A stretch of 63,105 bases of DNA, filler included, from Collodictyon triciliatum (Eukaryota), in NCBI GenBank assembly GCA_043381765.1. It is 7 parts of 7 records of this genome, joined end to end, with 100 filler letters (N's around TTAATTAATTAA, not from the genome) between each part and the next. Parts side by side here need not be neighbours in the genome. Positions count along the whole stretch, not along the records: positions 22,531 to 33,691 come from JBHJMP010002470.1; positions 33,792 to 44,943 come from JBHJMP010002471.1; 5 more parts are not named here. The stretch is one strand, 5' to 3'. The position numbers and the translations under genes are program-made. Below are positions 25,876 through 38,454 of the stretch, one piece after another. Numbering within the stretch: the first letter of the stretch is position 1; each line of letters begins with the position of its first letter. The notes under the pieces are model-generated. The model saw only the letters and a program-made list of their open reading frames with translations, was not told the origin of the DNA and did no database searches.

Positions 25876-26671
25876 TTATTTTGCCGAGCCTTCCTTTAGT
25901 TTCATGGCCTCTTTGCGTGTCGCGTCCTGCACCACCTCCGTATCAACCTGTACAGATACATCGGAAGTCCCATGATTCATATGTGCAATAATACCAAAGG
26001 ATATATCTAAACTATGTAGAGCGATAGCGAATAGCATAATGTGTTGATGCAAACAAGTCATTTGGCAAACCTCCTTCGCTTGGATCTGGACGTAGCGAAT
26101 GACCGATCCACGAACGAAGCAGCTTTTGACGGCGATCTTTCGAGAGGGAGAGAAACATCAGAACATGTGAAACAAAACCATCCACAGAAAACAGGAAACA
26201 GGCGGCCGTGGCCGTGAAATGAAGGGCAGATAACTCGAAATGGCTTGTTTGCAAAGGAAAGGCTGAGTCTGGGGACTGTGTGTCGATGACAATAAACGAG
26301 CAAAGAGAATGCCAGAGGAAAAGGTGGCGGATAGAAAGAAAAACACGCAAACACTTTATGGCGGTTGGGAGGCCTGGAGCAAATCAACAAACCATGTGGG
26401 GGTATTTTTCCTCCTCAAGGACTCTGATGTTGCTGAGTCGCAGATTCAGGAACTGATCGACCGACTGAAGTGTCCCGCTAATGCTCATGTCATTTTTGAG
26501 ATCCACAACGATTTCCTTGCCAATCAGCGACTTGAAGAACGAAAAAAAGACCTATGCAAACAACAGGCTCTCAGTTGCGCTGGCAGAGTGCCGATGTGCA
26601 AGAGTATCACCGCGCGGATCAGGCCGCACCCGAGGACACACGCAATAATAGGATCAAAGTGAGCCTACCAT
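25876..26671 (-). CDS. LSM2: U6 snRNA-associated Sm-like protein LSm2 (4 exons; first coding exon is ATG only)
   Basis: M|VFFSFFKSLIGKEIVVDLKNDMSISGTLQSVDQFLNLRL...EKYPHM|IAVKSCFVRGSVIRYVQI..E|VDTEVVQDATRKEA*; all junctions GT-AG, phase 0. Confidence 0.96.
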
Positions 26672-27221
26672 CTTATCTTGCGTGCTTTTGCTGCTGTCTT
26701 CCTTTGGAACTCCTCCTCCTGTTTTTCTACGAGTCTCCTGTCTCCTTTGACGATCGTTGTTCAGGCTTTGGCTAATCTGTTGAGTGATTTGATTTGTTCT
26801 GATCTGATCTGATTTGATTGTGCGACCCCGACTTGATTTGGTATGAATGAACCGGACTTATTTTCTATTCCTCATTTTATGTCAGCCGCAAGAAGTCGAC
26901 TACAGGCCTCAGGATTGCAAGTAACATCCAGGAATCCTATAATCCATGATTCTGGTGTGCTCCCTGGCCAGTGAAAATAGACGTATAGACATTGGCTGCG
27001 AGTCATGAACGAAAGGTATTCCATCATAACCACAGGAGACAAAATCAAGACACAATGTAACAAAACAAAAATAACACCTCATCGATGCGGCTCGATTAAT
27101 CCCATAAATCTCTGCATCATTTATTTGAGCATTTTATGTGAGGATGACATGTGAAAATCCTTGATAAAACACCCAAAATCGCTATCGCCGGCAGATTCGC
27201 CTTCCTCATTGGATAGTCTGT

Positions 27222-30200
27222 TCACAACACATAGTAAGCAGCAGCGGATGTGTCTGGGATACCAGCAACCAGCCCATCAGTTGTCATGGAGAAGGCTTCT
27301 CCAAACGAGTTAGAAGAAGGGACAGTCGAGGGAGGATAGAATGTGTGAATGTAAGAGTATGTAAGCGTGTCATCGTATGATTCGTAAAGTTGGATGCGTC
27401 GAAATCTATCTGTTCCGTCCCACACTGCCATTCTGTTGGTCTGAGGAGGCGCAGAAATGTGTTTTCCGAAGGACTGGGACGGATTCGCCATTGAATCGTA
27501 AGACGTAATTGTTTGTTTCCAGATGACATCAGAGGACACTCGTATATCATATACAAAGACTGCTCCGGTGCTGTCCTTTGCCGACACAAACCCAGGGTCA
27601 GATATCAGCAGAGAATTGCGAACGAGGGCGAGACCAGCCCCGAGTGTCCTTGACTTACTGGGCTGCAGCAGAGTAATGTATCCTGTGATTCCAGTGTGGG
27701 AGTCAAACGAGAACAAATACACGGATGCCTGTGTATTGACATCGCTTGGGGAATCAGATACAGCTATGTACGCCATCGATAAAGCCACACTGACACCAAA
27801 CTTATCTCGGTCTCTGATATTGGGCGACTGAACAATCATGGGTGTCGAAGCAAAGCCCTCTTTTTTCCAGAGCCTTATACCTAAGTCGAAGAGATAAACA
27901 GCACCACCAGACACTCGATCAATCACTGCACCAGGAGCAGAGACGGCAGCCCAGTTGGAGAAAATCCCTATGGCATGGCCAAAGCCACCGTATACTGGGT
28001 CTGCTGTATCTTGCGTTGGTGGAAGTAGCATCGTAAGGATGTCCCACGACTCGCCAGACGGACTAACACGGATGGCATATACTGCTGCTGTTTTACCGCC
28101 ATTTGATATTATCGAATCGCAGCTGACAAGAAGGATATCATCGTCCAGAATCAATCGCTCGCCACATCGTGCATCTGCTGGGTTGGATGCGCCTAGGCCA
28201 GATACGGCTCCCACGGCTTTAATTCCGTCTTTGCCGATGCTCCACAGAGTGACCTGGCCGCCGTTTCGGTCCTGAGGTTCTCCAATGGCAATCTTTTCGC
28301 CGTGAATTCCAACAGAAGTTCCAAAGGCACTTGCACTGCCGCTGCTCGTGGGCGACTTGATGACAGACTCGTCTTTTTTATATGCAAAAATATAAATTTA
28401 TCAGTTAAATATTAAAATATTATGGGGAAAACTAGAATATGGTATACATGTTCCAATATGTCTCTAATTTCATGCATGAAAACGGGGCAAAAACGAGATG
28501 TAATCATTAATATTTACGGTTTATATCCACCATCTCCTCGCAGTATTGTCCTTCAAACCCGTCATTGCATTTGCAGGTGCCAAGCCCAGTCACTTGTCCG
28601 CGGTTGTTGCATATGGATGGTGAGCTGGTGTAGCTGCAATCGCTCCCCTAAAGTCGAATTAGTCATAGAAAAGGAAGAGGACATGCCATTCATTTACGAT
28701 TTGGTATCCATGTGTTCTGATGCCATAGCTTTTTAATGAAAAAACGTACGAAATATCGCGGAGCACAAACGCACTGGCCGTTACGGTCACAAGAACCACC
28801 ATTCTTACAATCCCCATTAACTGTGCAAGAAAGCCTGACAAAAGCCGGAAGGAATCCTAAAGCTTTTGCATTCTTACCAGCACACCCCGGCGCGCTGATA
28901 GGAGAGACACACTGATTTTCCATGAAGCATTTTCTTGTTTGGTCGTACTTCATTCCTACATTGTGCGTGGCATATATTCCCACAACTTTTCTTGATGATG
29001 TAGATAGGATTGCAGAGCCAGTGGCCTGGCCATAGATGGCCGAATCCTGTTCGGAATCATTTCAATAAACATAAATAGGTTCGTAGAGGAAAAAAATGTG
29101 ACATATGCTGCTCGTGTCATTGATGGAGTAAAGCGTAGGAATTACCGAAAAATAGAAGCTGGTGGAAGTGCGTCGATTCGCATTAGGATAGTAAACATAT
29201 CCCTTGGTTACATATTTTCGCGGTAAGCCACTTGGATGACCGATGATGGCGATGTTTTCTTGCGAAGGGAGCTATTCATTTGAAGAAAATAAGTGACTTT
29301 TCTTGAACACTGATTTTTTTTCATCAAGAAAAAACGAAAAAAAATACAACAGAGATAAGAATACTTTGATTATGAAATGTATTTTGAAGGCCTACTGTAA
29401 CAGACGAAATAGAAACAGGCGTGTAACCAACAACAGCTCGATCTAGCTCAACAATTGCATGGCCTTCGGGTGTTATTTGATGGCTGGCAACTCTATATAC
29501 CTGCGTTGGATGAAATTTGAGTACTTATGGGTAGTCTATTATCACAGGGGAAAATCTCGTTCAAATGAAAAGAATTTTATATCGTATGAATACGTCAGAA
29601 GTGCTGAATGTGATTTTGGGCCTATCTACTCCAACCATAACGAATCCAAATAATATTCGAAGGTCTGATATTTGAATTGAAGCGCTAACACTGCAAATTT
29701 GAATCGAGTTAGGGATCATATGAGAGCGGCCAATATTTCATTCATCTCAACAAACCAGCTTGCTGAAGTTGCGACTTGCGAGCTAGATACCAAGAATCCG
29801 GAGCAAATGCCCATAGCAGGCTTTTGTTGATTTGAGTGTGTAATTTTTTCATTAGAATTCTAGAAATAGTTGTAGAATATGGATTTTCAATATTCAGTTT
29901 CTTTTTTTTTTTATCATGATGGATAAAGATTCAACCACCAACCTCATTGGCAAATGAATCTTCAGTACAAACACTGTGAGAGGCAAATGTTTTCGAAATT
30001 CTCAAAGAGAAAGAAGCGTCTGAATTTTGTATCAACTAGGCCAAGTATTTTAATCACAATAACAAAAAAAAAATGTATGTTAATATTTGAACGGCAACAC
30101 TTCCCTACGTTGGATAGTATCTTTTGTTTAATCAAGTAAAATCCTCACATCATCCTTGTGAATGAACATAACTGTCGATGCACCTTGCTGCTTCCATTCA

Positions 30201-31709
30201 GATGATACCTCGTATTCTTGTATAGGTCGCTCATTGACTTGATTTCGAGAATTGACTATCGCTTCCTCCACTAAAACGCGTATTTCCTTAGAGAGTTCAT
30301 TGGTATCTCCTGTAATCTGATCAAAAGTGGCATAAACAATCCAGAACTGCAGGCGACGATCAATTAAAGGGTAGAACCCGAGATATCCAGGGCTTCCATG
30401 AATACCGTTTTTGTTGCATGCCTGGTCCGGTCTTTGATCAAGACAAATAATCCACTGACCAAGACCATAGTGCCACAGGATGACACCACCAACAGGCGGG
30501 GCTGTATTGTCCGTCTCTATTATCTTTACGCTCTCTGCCGTTACCACGTTGTTCATGAAATAGTTGTACAGAATCTTGCTGTACCAATGGCCGGATGTTA
30601 CGATGTCGCCAGCCGGAAACGGGTTAGGCTCAGACTCGAAAAAGCACGGTTCTCCTATCTTCTGAGGCCTAATAATCTCGTTCTCAAAAATCTGGCTGAA
30701 TGAAGTTGCGTTTATTGCCAAAATAGCCATGTAACCAGCAACGTGCATGTGGTTACTGTTGTAAACGAAATTAGCCCCTGGTATGACGTTTGGAACGGCA
30801 TTTAATTCGTACAACGAACGCACGCACTCTTCCATGGTTATGTCAGAGGGATACTATTGTTTAGAGGGTAAAAAAATACTAATAAGCGCAGGGCCAGTTA
30901 TTTTCTCGAGAGCGCAGATGGTGCAGTTTAATTCCAGCTTCTTATTCTTTTTCAGAATGTTAATGGCATTGAATATTGCTTAGCGGGGAATAAAGAAAAA
31001 CACTATAATTATTCTCCAAAAAAAGAACTCAGTTGCATACCATGACGCAGCTGTCTTCAATATCGAGACCAGATGTCATTGCAAGGAGTTGTTGGATGGT
31101 AATGTGAGAGCGCCAGTCTCTTGGGTCAGTAGTCCAGAACGGGATGTACATTCCTGGCGTATCATTCAAACTCATTTCGCCTCGCTCGATAATCCTCAAA
31201 AGAATCATGGCTGTTATCCATTTAGTCGCGCTCATTATCTGGCCATAACTGTCACGGTTGAAGACACCTTAAGAAATCATATTTTTCGCGGCTATTAGCT
31301 GTCTTCTCCTTTTTTTTTTCTTTTCCTTTTTTGAAAAAATCAAGAATAGAGCAGAACCACGCACAGGAAGAGAGAGGAAAGGAAAACAATTAAATAAGAG
31401 CACTTTTCTTGTCAAGGAATCTTTATGGAAATAAAATAAATGTGGTGAGTAAATAAAGGTACTTGAACGAGAGACGATAAAAAAAAAAACTACTCTTCTA
31501 CACATCCAGTTACCTTTGTCATGGACGAATAATTCTCCGCGGTGATCACCAATGATGACGGAAACGTCACGGATCGATCGGCTGTTTTCGATGCCAAACC
31601 TTACTTTCGCCCACGAGTCAATGACATTTTGTCCAAAGGCAGAGTTAAACGGTAAAAGTATCGACAAAGCCACTGCTGTAAACACGAGCCAAAGGATCGC
31701 CGGCCTCAT
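27222..31709 (-). CDS. Secreted multidomain protein: serine beta-lactamase/PBP-like + catalytically dead trypsin-like + 2xEGF + FG-GAP-like propeller (~1063 aa, 11 exons)
   Basis: Exons 31709-31514, 31267-31041, 30853-30149, 30035-29943, 29820-29756, 29690-29594, 29500-29396, 29271-29146, 29046-28750, 28647-28518, 28372-27222; all GT-AG and phase-compatible, total 3192 nt. Motifs: signal peptide; SATK, LLAMTSG, FVYNSN, SPGYLGFYPLID; CSGFLV..VATSASC, GHAIVELDR, IIGHPSGLPRK, YGQATGSA; two EGF Cys patterns; FGTSVGI, FGHAIGI, FGVSVAL, GAVYLF repeats. Confidence 0.85.
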
Positions 31710-32427
31710 TTGGGTTCCTCCTTCTAGCAGACCTGTGAGTGGATGATATCATCAGCACCCCCAATGACAACCACAGTAGTTCTGATTTGACCGTATCACT
31801 TGCGCTCTATCTCTTGCTTTCATGGCCACTCGTCAGAATGTTTCAATTCATTCATATGCGCTTTGCTGGGACAAGAGGCGCAGGTAGAGCGAAGTGATTA
31901 AGTCATGGCAGCATTTTGACGTGTGGCAGTCCCCAGAAGACGCATCGTCGGGATTGTGTGACTCCGAGAAAACAATTTCTTTTGGAAAGTCCGTATTTTC
32001 TATATTGGTATGAAGTAGCAGACACCTGCAGCTTTTTCCGTCGCCTTTGGCCTGTTGGCCTCCTTGGCTGCGGTGGGGTTGAGTTTATGAAAACGGCGTC
32101 ATCGTTGGCACTTCTTGACACCACCAGAAGACACATTATCGTTTGATGACGTAAATATATATATATCACTCACTATTCAGTGTACAGTCTTGTGTGCACG
32201 TTTGCAAAGATTGCAACCCACTTGTTAAGATTGCTTTCATCACTTCTGTTTTCTCATATCCTGAAACAGGCTAACAGCGGTGAATCAGAATGGGTACTGC
32301 GAGCTGATTAAAAAAATAATCATAATTCCTACAAAGACCCTGAGACTTTGTGCGTGCGATGCTGATTACCGATGAAGCGAAAGTCTGATGGTAACTCTTT
32401 GGGGTGGTGGAACCGATGTCGACGGTA

Positions 32428-32605
<178 letters not shown>

Positions 32606-33198
32606 GCTTTGCTTTGGAGTAATTGGTAGTAAATCACAGGATTTTGACAGCAAGACAAACTACATGCGACATATAGGCATAATAACACGCAGCTGTCCAA
32701 AGGGAACACCAGCAAAGGAAACCAAGCCCCAGAGAAACTGAATAATGAGTTGGGGTGCAAAAGTCCATTGACCAACGCACACACACAAAAAAAAAAAAAC
32801 ATCAAACTGCGTTGTTTCCTTCGTTAGTGTAATCACATTTATACTGCCTCAGTTTGCTTGATTTAAGAAAGGGGTGTCTTTTGAGATGGCTACGATGATA
32901 TCGCAAAGGGCGATGGAACTCCCCACCAAAAGCGAACCCGCCGTTTCATCCTGCTTTGGCGTACCTGCTCAAACATGCCATATCCGCTCTCCTCACTCGC
33001 AGCGCCGATCGCATCAAAGCAAGCGATCGCAGCTTTGTTTTATTATGCTCCCGCTGCGATCAGCATGGCGTTCTCGCTCTCTTGCTCATGGACAAAAAAC
33101 CAATATTATTCATACATATACAGAAGAAAAGCATCTGTTTGAAAGCGCTCTTGCAATAGCCGAAGAAAAAACGAGTCAAAACAAAACAAAGCAAAGTC

Positions 33199-33511
33199 AT
33201 GTCCAACGAGCCGATCCGCATTCCAACGGGGTCCAACTTGCGACTCTTCGACGACGTCCCGCCAGAGGACGAAGCGGACGCCTCTGAGTTGGACTCTTCG
33301 GCCGCGGCTGAAAACACTGCGCGAAACGTTCGGTCACGGAGCTCTTCAAGGAGCAGAGTCACTCGCGGCTTCGGCGTGGAAACAGAGGCGAATGCAAATG
33401 CAGACTCTGAGGCAACTGCAAATGACGATGAGAACGTGGAGGATTTGGAGGAAGAAGAGGATTTGGGAGACGACTTTGAAGAGGATGAGGAAGCAGGGGA
33501 AGAGTCCCAAG
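33199..33511 (+). CDS. First exon of an acidic protein of unknown function, truncated at contig end
   Basis: MSNEPIRIPTGSNLRLFDDVPPEDEAD...EEDEEAGEESQ, then a GT donor at ~33512 and a (TTTTC)n tract. Confidence 0.6.
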
Positions 33512-33596
33512 GTGTCCCCTTTTTTATCTCTCTCTCTTCTAGTTTTGGCTTATTTTTATCCCGTTTATTATTTTTCGACTGTATATTGCTCGATTT

Positions 33597-33691
33597 CATT
33601 TCTTTTCTTTTCTTTTCTTTTCTTTTCTTTTCTTTTCTTTTCTTTTCTTTTCTTTTCTTTTCTTTTCTTTTCTTTTCTTTTCTTTTCTTTT
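33597..33691. repeat. (TTTTC)n
   Basis: Direct read; contig ends within it. Confidence 0.97.
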
Positions 33692-33791
33692 NNNNNNNNN
33701 NNNNNNNNNNNNNNNNNNNNNNNNNNNNNNNNNNNTTAATTAATTAANNNNNNNNNNNNNNNNNNNNNNNNNNNNNNNNNNNNNNNNNNNN
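33692..33791. other. Artificial contig linker
   Basis: N44-TTAATTAATTAA-N44. Confidence 0.97.
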
Positions 33792-34090
33792 GTAGCGAAG
33801 AATGCGAGCGTGTTTCAGCAGACTGTTCAGGAAGCTGTATTGCACGAGGCTCTCAAGCCTGGATACATTGATTTCTCGTTCGGGTAAATCATTGGAGCGG
33901 GAGAATGCACGCACACTCCATAAGAGAGGCCCAGACAACTTACTGCGCCCTATGCCCTCCGGAAGGTTCTGGATGATTCGAGAAGGTTCTAGAAGGCCGC
34001 TGTCTTTATATATCGGCAAACTAAGTCCGAATTTTGTTCCAAAAGAAGAGAAAATAATTCGGAGTTTGTCCAGTGGGACAAAACATCTCT
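33792..34090 (-). CDS. Possible exon of an unknown protein, truncated at contig end
   Basis: Open frame CFVPLDKLRIIF...LESLVQYSFLNSLLKHARILRY with coding-like composition; no family recognised. Confidence 0.35.
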
Positions 34091-34387
34091 ACTGATAATG
34101 TTGCCCGTTCGTCTCAAATTTGAACTGCAGTATAAAGGTTAAAATCATCGGATGTGTGGTTACGGGTGTTGTTTTGTAAACCACTAACATTGCGAGAATC
34201 GAGCGAGAGATATCAAAGTCACACGGAAAACGGTCTCGTCTCGAGTCTCAATGGCCCATTTTCCCTCCAAGAGAGCACACCTCCACGATTCCCTTCTAAT
34301 TGAAATAGTCACCCAAGAAACAGCAACTGATCTCCACAATTGATTGATCAGTCAACTGAACTCCATTTCGTTTTCGTTTCATTTAAG

Positions 34388-35944
34388 ATGGAAGAAAAAA
34401 CAGAGAAATCGGAGATACCCTTCTGCCTGAAGGCCTTGAAAAGCATCCTCGAAGAAGAGCAGCTGGATCTTAAGGCTCGTCGTTCGATGGGATTCAAGAC
34501 AAAAGTGCTGGTTTTCATGACAAACAAAGACCTGCTTTGTCTTCTCTTGTCTATCTTCTTCTCACTCTACGAGAGCATCATCTCCGAGACGGAATGTGTG
34601 ACAACAACAACAACCACGACACCACGAGAAACCCCAACTGATGGCACGGAGGCGGAAGAAGTATCTGCCAACGTGGACGTCACAAAGCAACTAAGTCTAA
34701 TTGTGATTTTTTTCGTTGGAGGGATCTCCTGGCTGATTTACATCGGCTCTATTGTGATCAAGTTGACTTGGCTCCGCTACATCGTCGGTACAAGACCGGC
34801 CCTGGAGACCGCTGGCCTTGGCCTTGGCGTTGTCTTGCTGGATTTTCTTCCCTTCTTTTCGGTCTTAGCTACTCTGAATTCCTTCCTTTTGGCTGCGTTT
34901 ACAGGGGCAGTGCTCATCGCCTCCATCGTTGACATGGCTGGGTTAGAAAGTGAACAAAAAACTAGAATCTTCTGGTATATCAACCCAGATTACATCCAAG
35001 CCTTGCTAATTGCGTCGCTTTCCTCGTTGATTATCAAGTACCTGGATACAGATGGGAATTTCAAAGACATGCTTGGTTTCATCATGACTTTCCCAGGCGT
35101 GGTTGGAATCTGGCAGTTCAACGAAAACTTTAGCAGTCTTTCAAATCGTATCCCTTACCAACTTATGCTTGAATGTTGGGACATTCGCTACGCATACTAT
35201 CTGGACCCAGAGATGTCAAAGTATGTTACCATTCGCGACAGAATTAAACCAACATATGTGAAGCTTCTGCAAGTACCCTTTTCGACCTTTCTCGGCGTTG
35301 ATGGCGGACCAGCATTTGACAGCCTTGCTAGTGCACCAGGATCTAGCACTACTGGCTCTGCCAATGTCCCACAGGACGATGCCTCTGGTGTGTCACCCAT
35401 GAATAGTCCAAGGAGTGAGACATCTGATCGAGATAGTGTTGCGCTCACCCAACTCAGAGACCCTGCGACCAGAGCCTCTGTGGCAACTGCCGACCAAGAC
35501 AGAAAAAGAATCGAGATTGAAGAAAACATTCAACGTATTATGAGCATGAGTGGAAAAGAAATTCTGCAGAGAATCGACCACCATGAACCCAATTTCTCTA
35601 ACTACATTCGCATGCTTCAAATTATCCTCACACGCTTTTCAGACGAACAGATAGAATATATGCTCTTTCGTGCTGGGTTAGTGAAGTACCAATACATAGA
35701 TCGCGCCAAAAATGAGATAATCGACAGTTTCCGCTTCCCCTTCCCCTCGGATCATGGTGTAAAACTCGATAGCAACCGTCAGTTTAGGCTCGGAGTTGGG
35801 GACATTGAATTTAACGAAGAAATGAAAGCCCAGATGATTTACAAAGCGGAGATGACCAAGGAGGGAGTAGTGGTGCGTACTCCTGACAATCCTGCTGCTG
35901 CTGCCGCTGCCGATCCTGCTGCCGATCCTGCTAACCAGGTCTAA
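34388..35944 (+). CDS. Intronless multi-pass membrane protein of unknown function (~518 aa)
   Basis: First ATG at 34388, in frame with ORF 34340-35944; about 6 hydrophobic segments, a Thr-rich loop and a soluble C-terminal half. Confidence 0.8.
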   Translation: MEEKTEKSEIPFCLKALKSILEEEQLDLKARRSMGFKTKVLVFMTNKDLLCLLLSIFFSLYESIISETECVTTTTTTTPRETPTDGTEAEEVSANVDVTKQLSLIVIFFVGGISWLIYIGSIVIKLTWLRYIVGTRPALETAGLGLGVVLLDFLPFFSVLATLNSFLLAAFTGAVLIASIVDMAGLESEQKTRIFWYINPDYIQALLIASLSSLIIKYLDTDGNFKDMLGFIMTFPGVVGIWQFNENFSSLSNRIPYQLMLECWDIRYAYYLDPEMSKYVTIRDRIKPTYVKLLQVPFSTFLGVDGGPAFDSLASAPGSSTTGSANVPQDDASGVSPMNSPRSETSDRDSVALTQLRDPATRASVATADQDRKRIEIEENIQRIMSMSGKEILQRIDHHEPNFSNYIRMLQIILTRFSDEQIEYMLFRAGLVKYQYIDRAKNEIIDSFRFPFPSDHGVKLDSNRQFRLGVGDIEFNEEMKAQMIYKAEMTKEGVVVRTPDNPAAAAAADPAADPANQV

Positions 35945-36467
35945 GAGGCCACCAACACACCGATCATGTCCGGCAAAGGGCTGAATAAATCTCCCACCCC
36001 GACATCTTGTTGGGGAAAAAGGAATAACAACAGTCACCAGAGTAAAAAAGTAATAATTATAATCCAAGTCCAGATATTTCAGGGTACACAGGGCGAGAAA
36101 AAAAGGGGATTTGGACGTTTTCCGTCTGTTCTGGATCAAATCCTGAAGAGATTTAATTGATATTGAGTATGTGCTGTTGTCCCTGAGCTACAAAAAAAAA
36201 AAAAAATAGATAAAAAAAGATTGGCAAAAAGGTAGAAGGAACTTTCCAGAAATTATTTTCCGCATTTGGTCATAGATTCTGGGCTGCGTTGTGGTTTTTC
36301 TTTTCCTTTCTTTTCTTTTCAATTCAGCTTCTGCAGTCTTTGGCTCTGGTCCTGAGGAAAGTGGCGTCACAAAATCGTGGTGTGGAAGTACCAAATCTTA
36401 TAGCGCGGAAGACCGAACAGCACATACTAATCCACAAGAACAGAGTCCAAAATCGTGTGAATAAGCC

Positions 36468-37729
36468 ATGAGCAACCAAGAGACAGACTCCAGCCCACAG
36501 AGTTTGCAGGATGAAAAGCAAGGTTCGACAGGAGCTCTTGGCCCAGTTGATTTGTTTGCAACCGCTCGCCTTTTTCTTATTCGTCTCCTTGCTAACTGCT
36601 CTCTCGTTTTTCCGGCTTTCACCTTTCGTTGAATAGTGCCTATGTCTAGTTTACTAAAAGAAAGCGCGAACCTCATTTGCTATCGCAGCACTAGTTACTT
36701 GTTAATGGGTTATCCACAAGTTCTTGTTGACCGCAAACCGCATATTTAATCATCTCCTTCTTCTACAGAACAATCTTCGCCAACGCCCGAGAGCCAGAAT
36801 GTAATTCACAAATGCCCTGCTTTGCAAAGCAATCTATTTTCCAACTTATGTATATAAATATGCACATTTGCCCAATGCTCGTAGTATGGTCGTATTTTAT
36901 GAGAGATTTTGAGAGCGTTGCTGATGTTCAACGCAATGATGCACGACGAAGTCGTTTATCAAAGAGTGGTAGTTGAGCAATGCACTCTACTCGCCTCCCC
37001 CTTATCAGAACTATACATGATGTAGGCCACCGAACAAGCAGAGACCGATGAGGCTCCCAAAGAGTGCCCGCTCTGCACGTACATGCGCGCTGGACCGTGC
37101 GGAGCTGAGTTTGATGTCTTCAACGAAAACTGTGTGAAGAGTAAGTATTTTATCTTGAACTGCTCTATATTATCATTATTATCACGATTATTGTTAATGT
37201 TATTATTATTGTTATTATTATTATTGCTATTATTATTAGTATTAGTATTATTATTATTAGTATTATTATTATTAGTATTATTATTAGTTATTATTATTAG
37301 TTATTATTATTAGTTATTATTATTAGTTATTATTATTAGTTATTATTATTAGTTATTATTATTAGTTATTATTTGTATCTTGTGTATCATTCGCAAATAG
37401 CAGAAAAAATAATGAGATAATTACGTCGATATTTCTTGGCATGGCTTCTGTTTTTATTTACCTCATGTATGCGTGTGTCTGATATTGAATATTTGGATGC
37501 CGCAGAGAACGAAGAGGAGCGTGACATGGACCAGTGCAAAGAGCTTGTCCAAGTCATGACCAGTTGTTTTATCAGCCAATCTGACTACTACGGACCGATT
37601 TTGTCCATGCTCAACGACTCTGAATCAAAACCAGACTCCGAGAATCAGACTGAGGAAACACAGACGAACGAGACTACCCCACAAGAGGTAGAGCCGACCG
37701 AGTCCAAACAAGAGGAACCGGCCAAATAA
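36468..37729 (+). CDS. GCK-domain / Mia40-like CHCH protein (4 exons)
   Basis: MSNQETDS...|EQSSPTPESQN|ATEQ...ECPLCTYMRAGPCGAEFDVFNENCVK|KNEEERDMDQCKELVQVMTSCFISQSDYYGPIL...*; CxxC plus Cx10C/Cx9C pairs and DYY.PIL; phases consistent. Confidence 0.8.
37170..37372. repeat. (TTA)n-derived repeat grading into (TTATTATTAG)n, intronic
   Basis: Direct read of sequence. Confidence 0.93.
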
Positions 37730-38454
37730 CACAATCAATAAAACAATCGAAAGTAAATACTGATAACCATGAAGTATGACCAGAGTATCTGATAACAGCA
37801 ATGAAACGTTTGCTATTGCTAGAGTCTATGGGTCCGACTTCGCAGCCCCTCACTTTCTTTCATTTTGTGTGCCCAGTTCGGAGAGTAAGATATCCACATT
37901 ATTATTTTTATGTTTCTAAGTATGAGTACTTCTATTGATATGTTATGAAAAGAATGGTGAAAATGCGACAAGAAATTGCTAGTTTTATAATTTGGCTGCG
38001 CAAGGGTTAAATAAGTGGCATATAGATTAGGGAGATGTTAACGGGAGAAAAAAAATAATCAAAATATCTTTGTTAGGGAAATATTTACCCATAGATAATG
38101 ATTGGATAAGAATAAGAAGTATCGTGGCAGGAAGTGTCTTCGAGAAAGTGGTTGATATGTTTTCACATCAGCCCAATGAATGTTAAGTGTCATAGACAAA
38201 ACTAAATTTGAATGCAGATAATGAAAAGCAGATTAAGCTCTTGATATCAGCAAAAGTTCCTGCATGTTTCTTTCCTCTTTTATTTTTTTTATTTCGGGTT
38301 ACAAACTCGATATTCGGATCCCACAGACAAATGAATGAGGAGGGAAAGAGGTTTGGTTGTGACTTCCGTTCGTAATTTTGTAAAGCGCAGAGACGAGAAA
38401 TGAAATGTGATATAGTTTGGAGTGAGTCGTCTTCGCTTTAAAATCTACAAATTT

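Noticed and set aside
30128-30835. Stand-alone bacterial beta-lactamase gene or contaminant
   Set aside because: It is exon 3 of a spliced eukaryotic gene, with the SxxK motif in the upstream exon.
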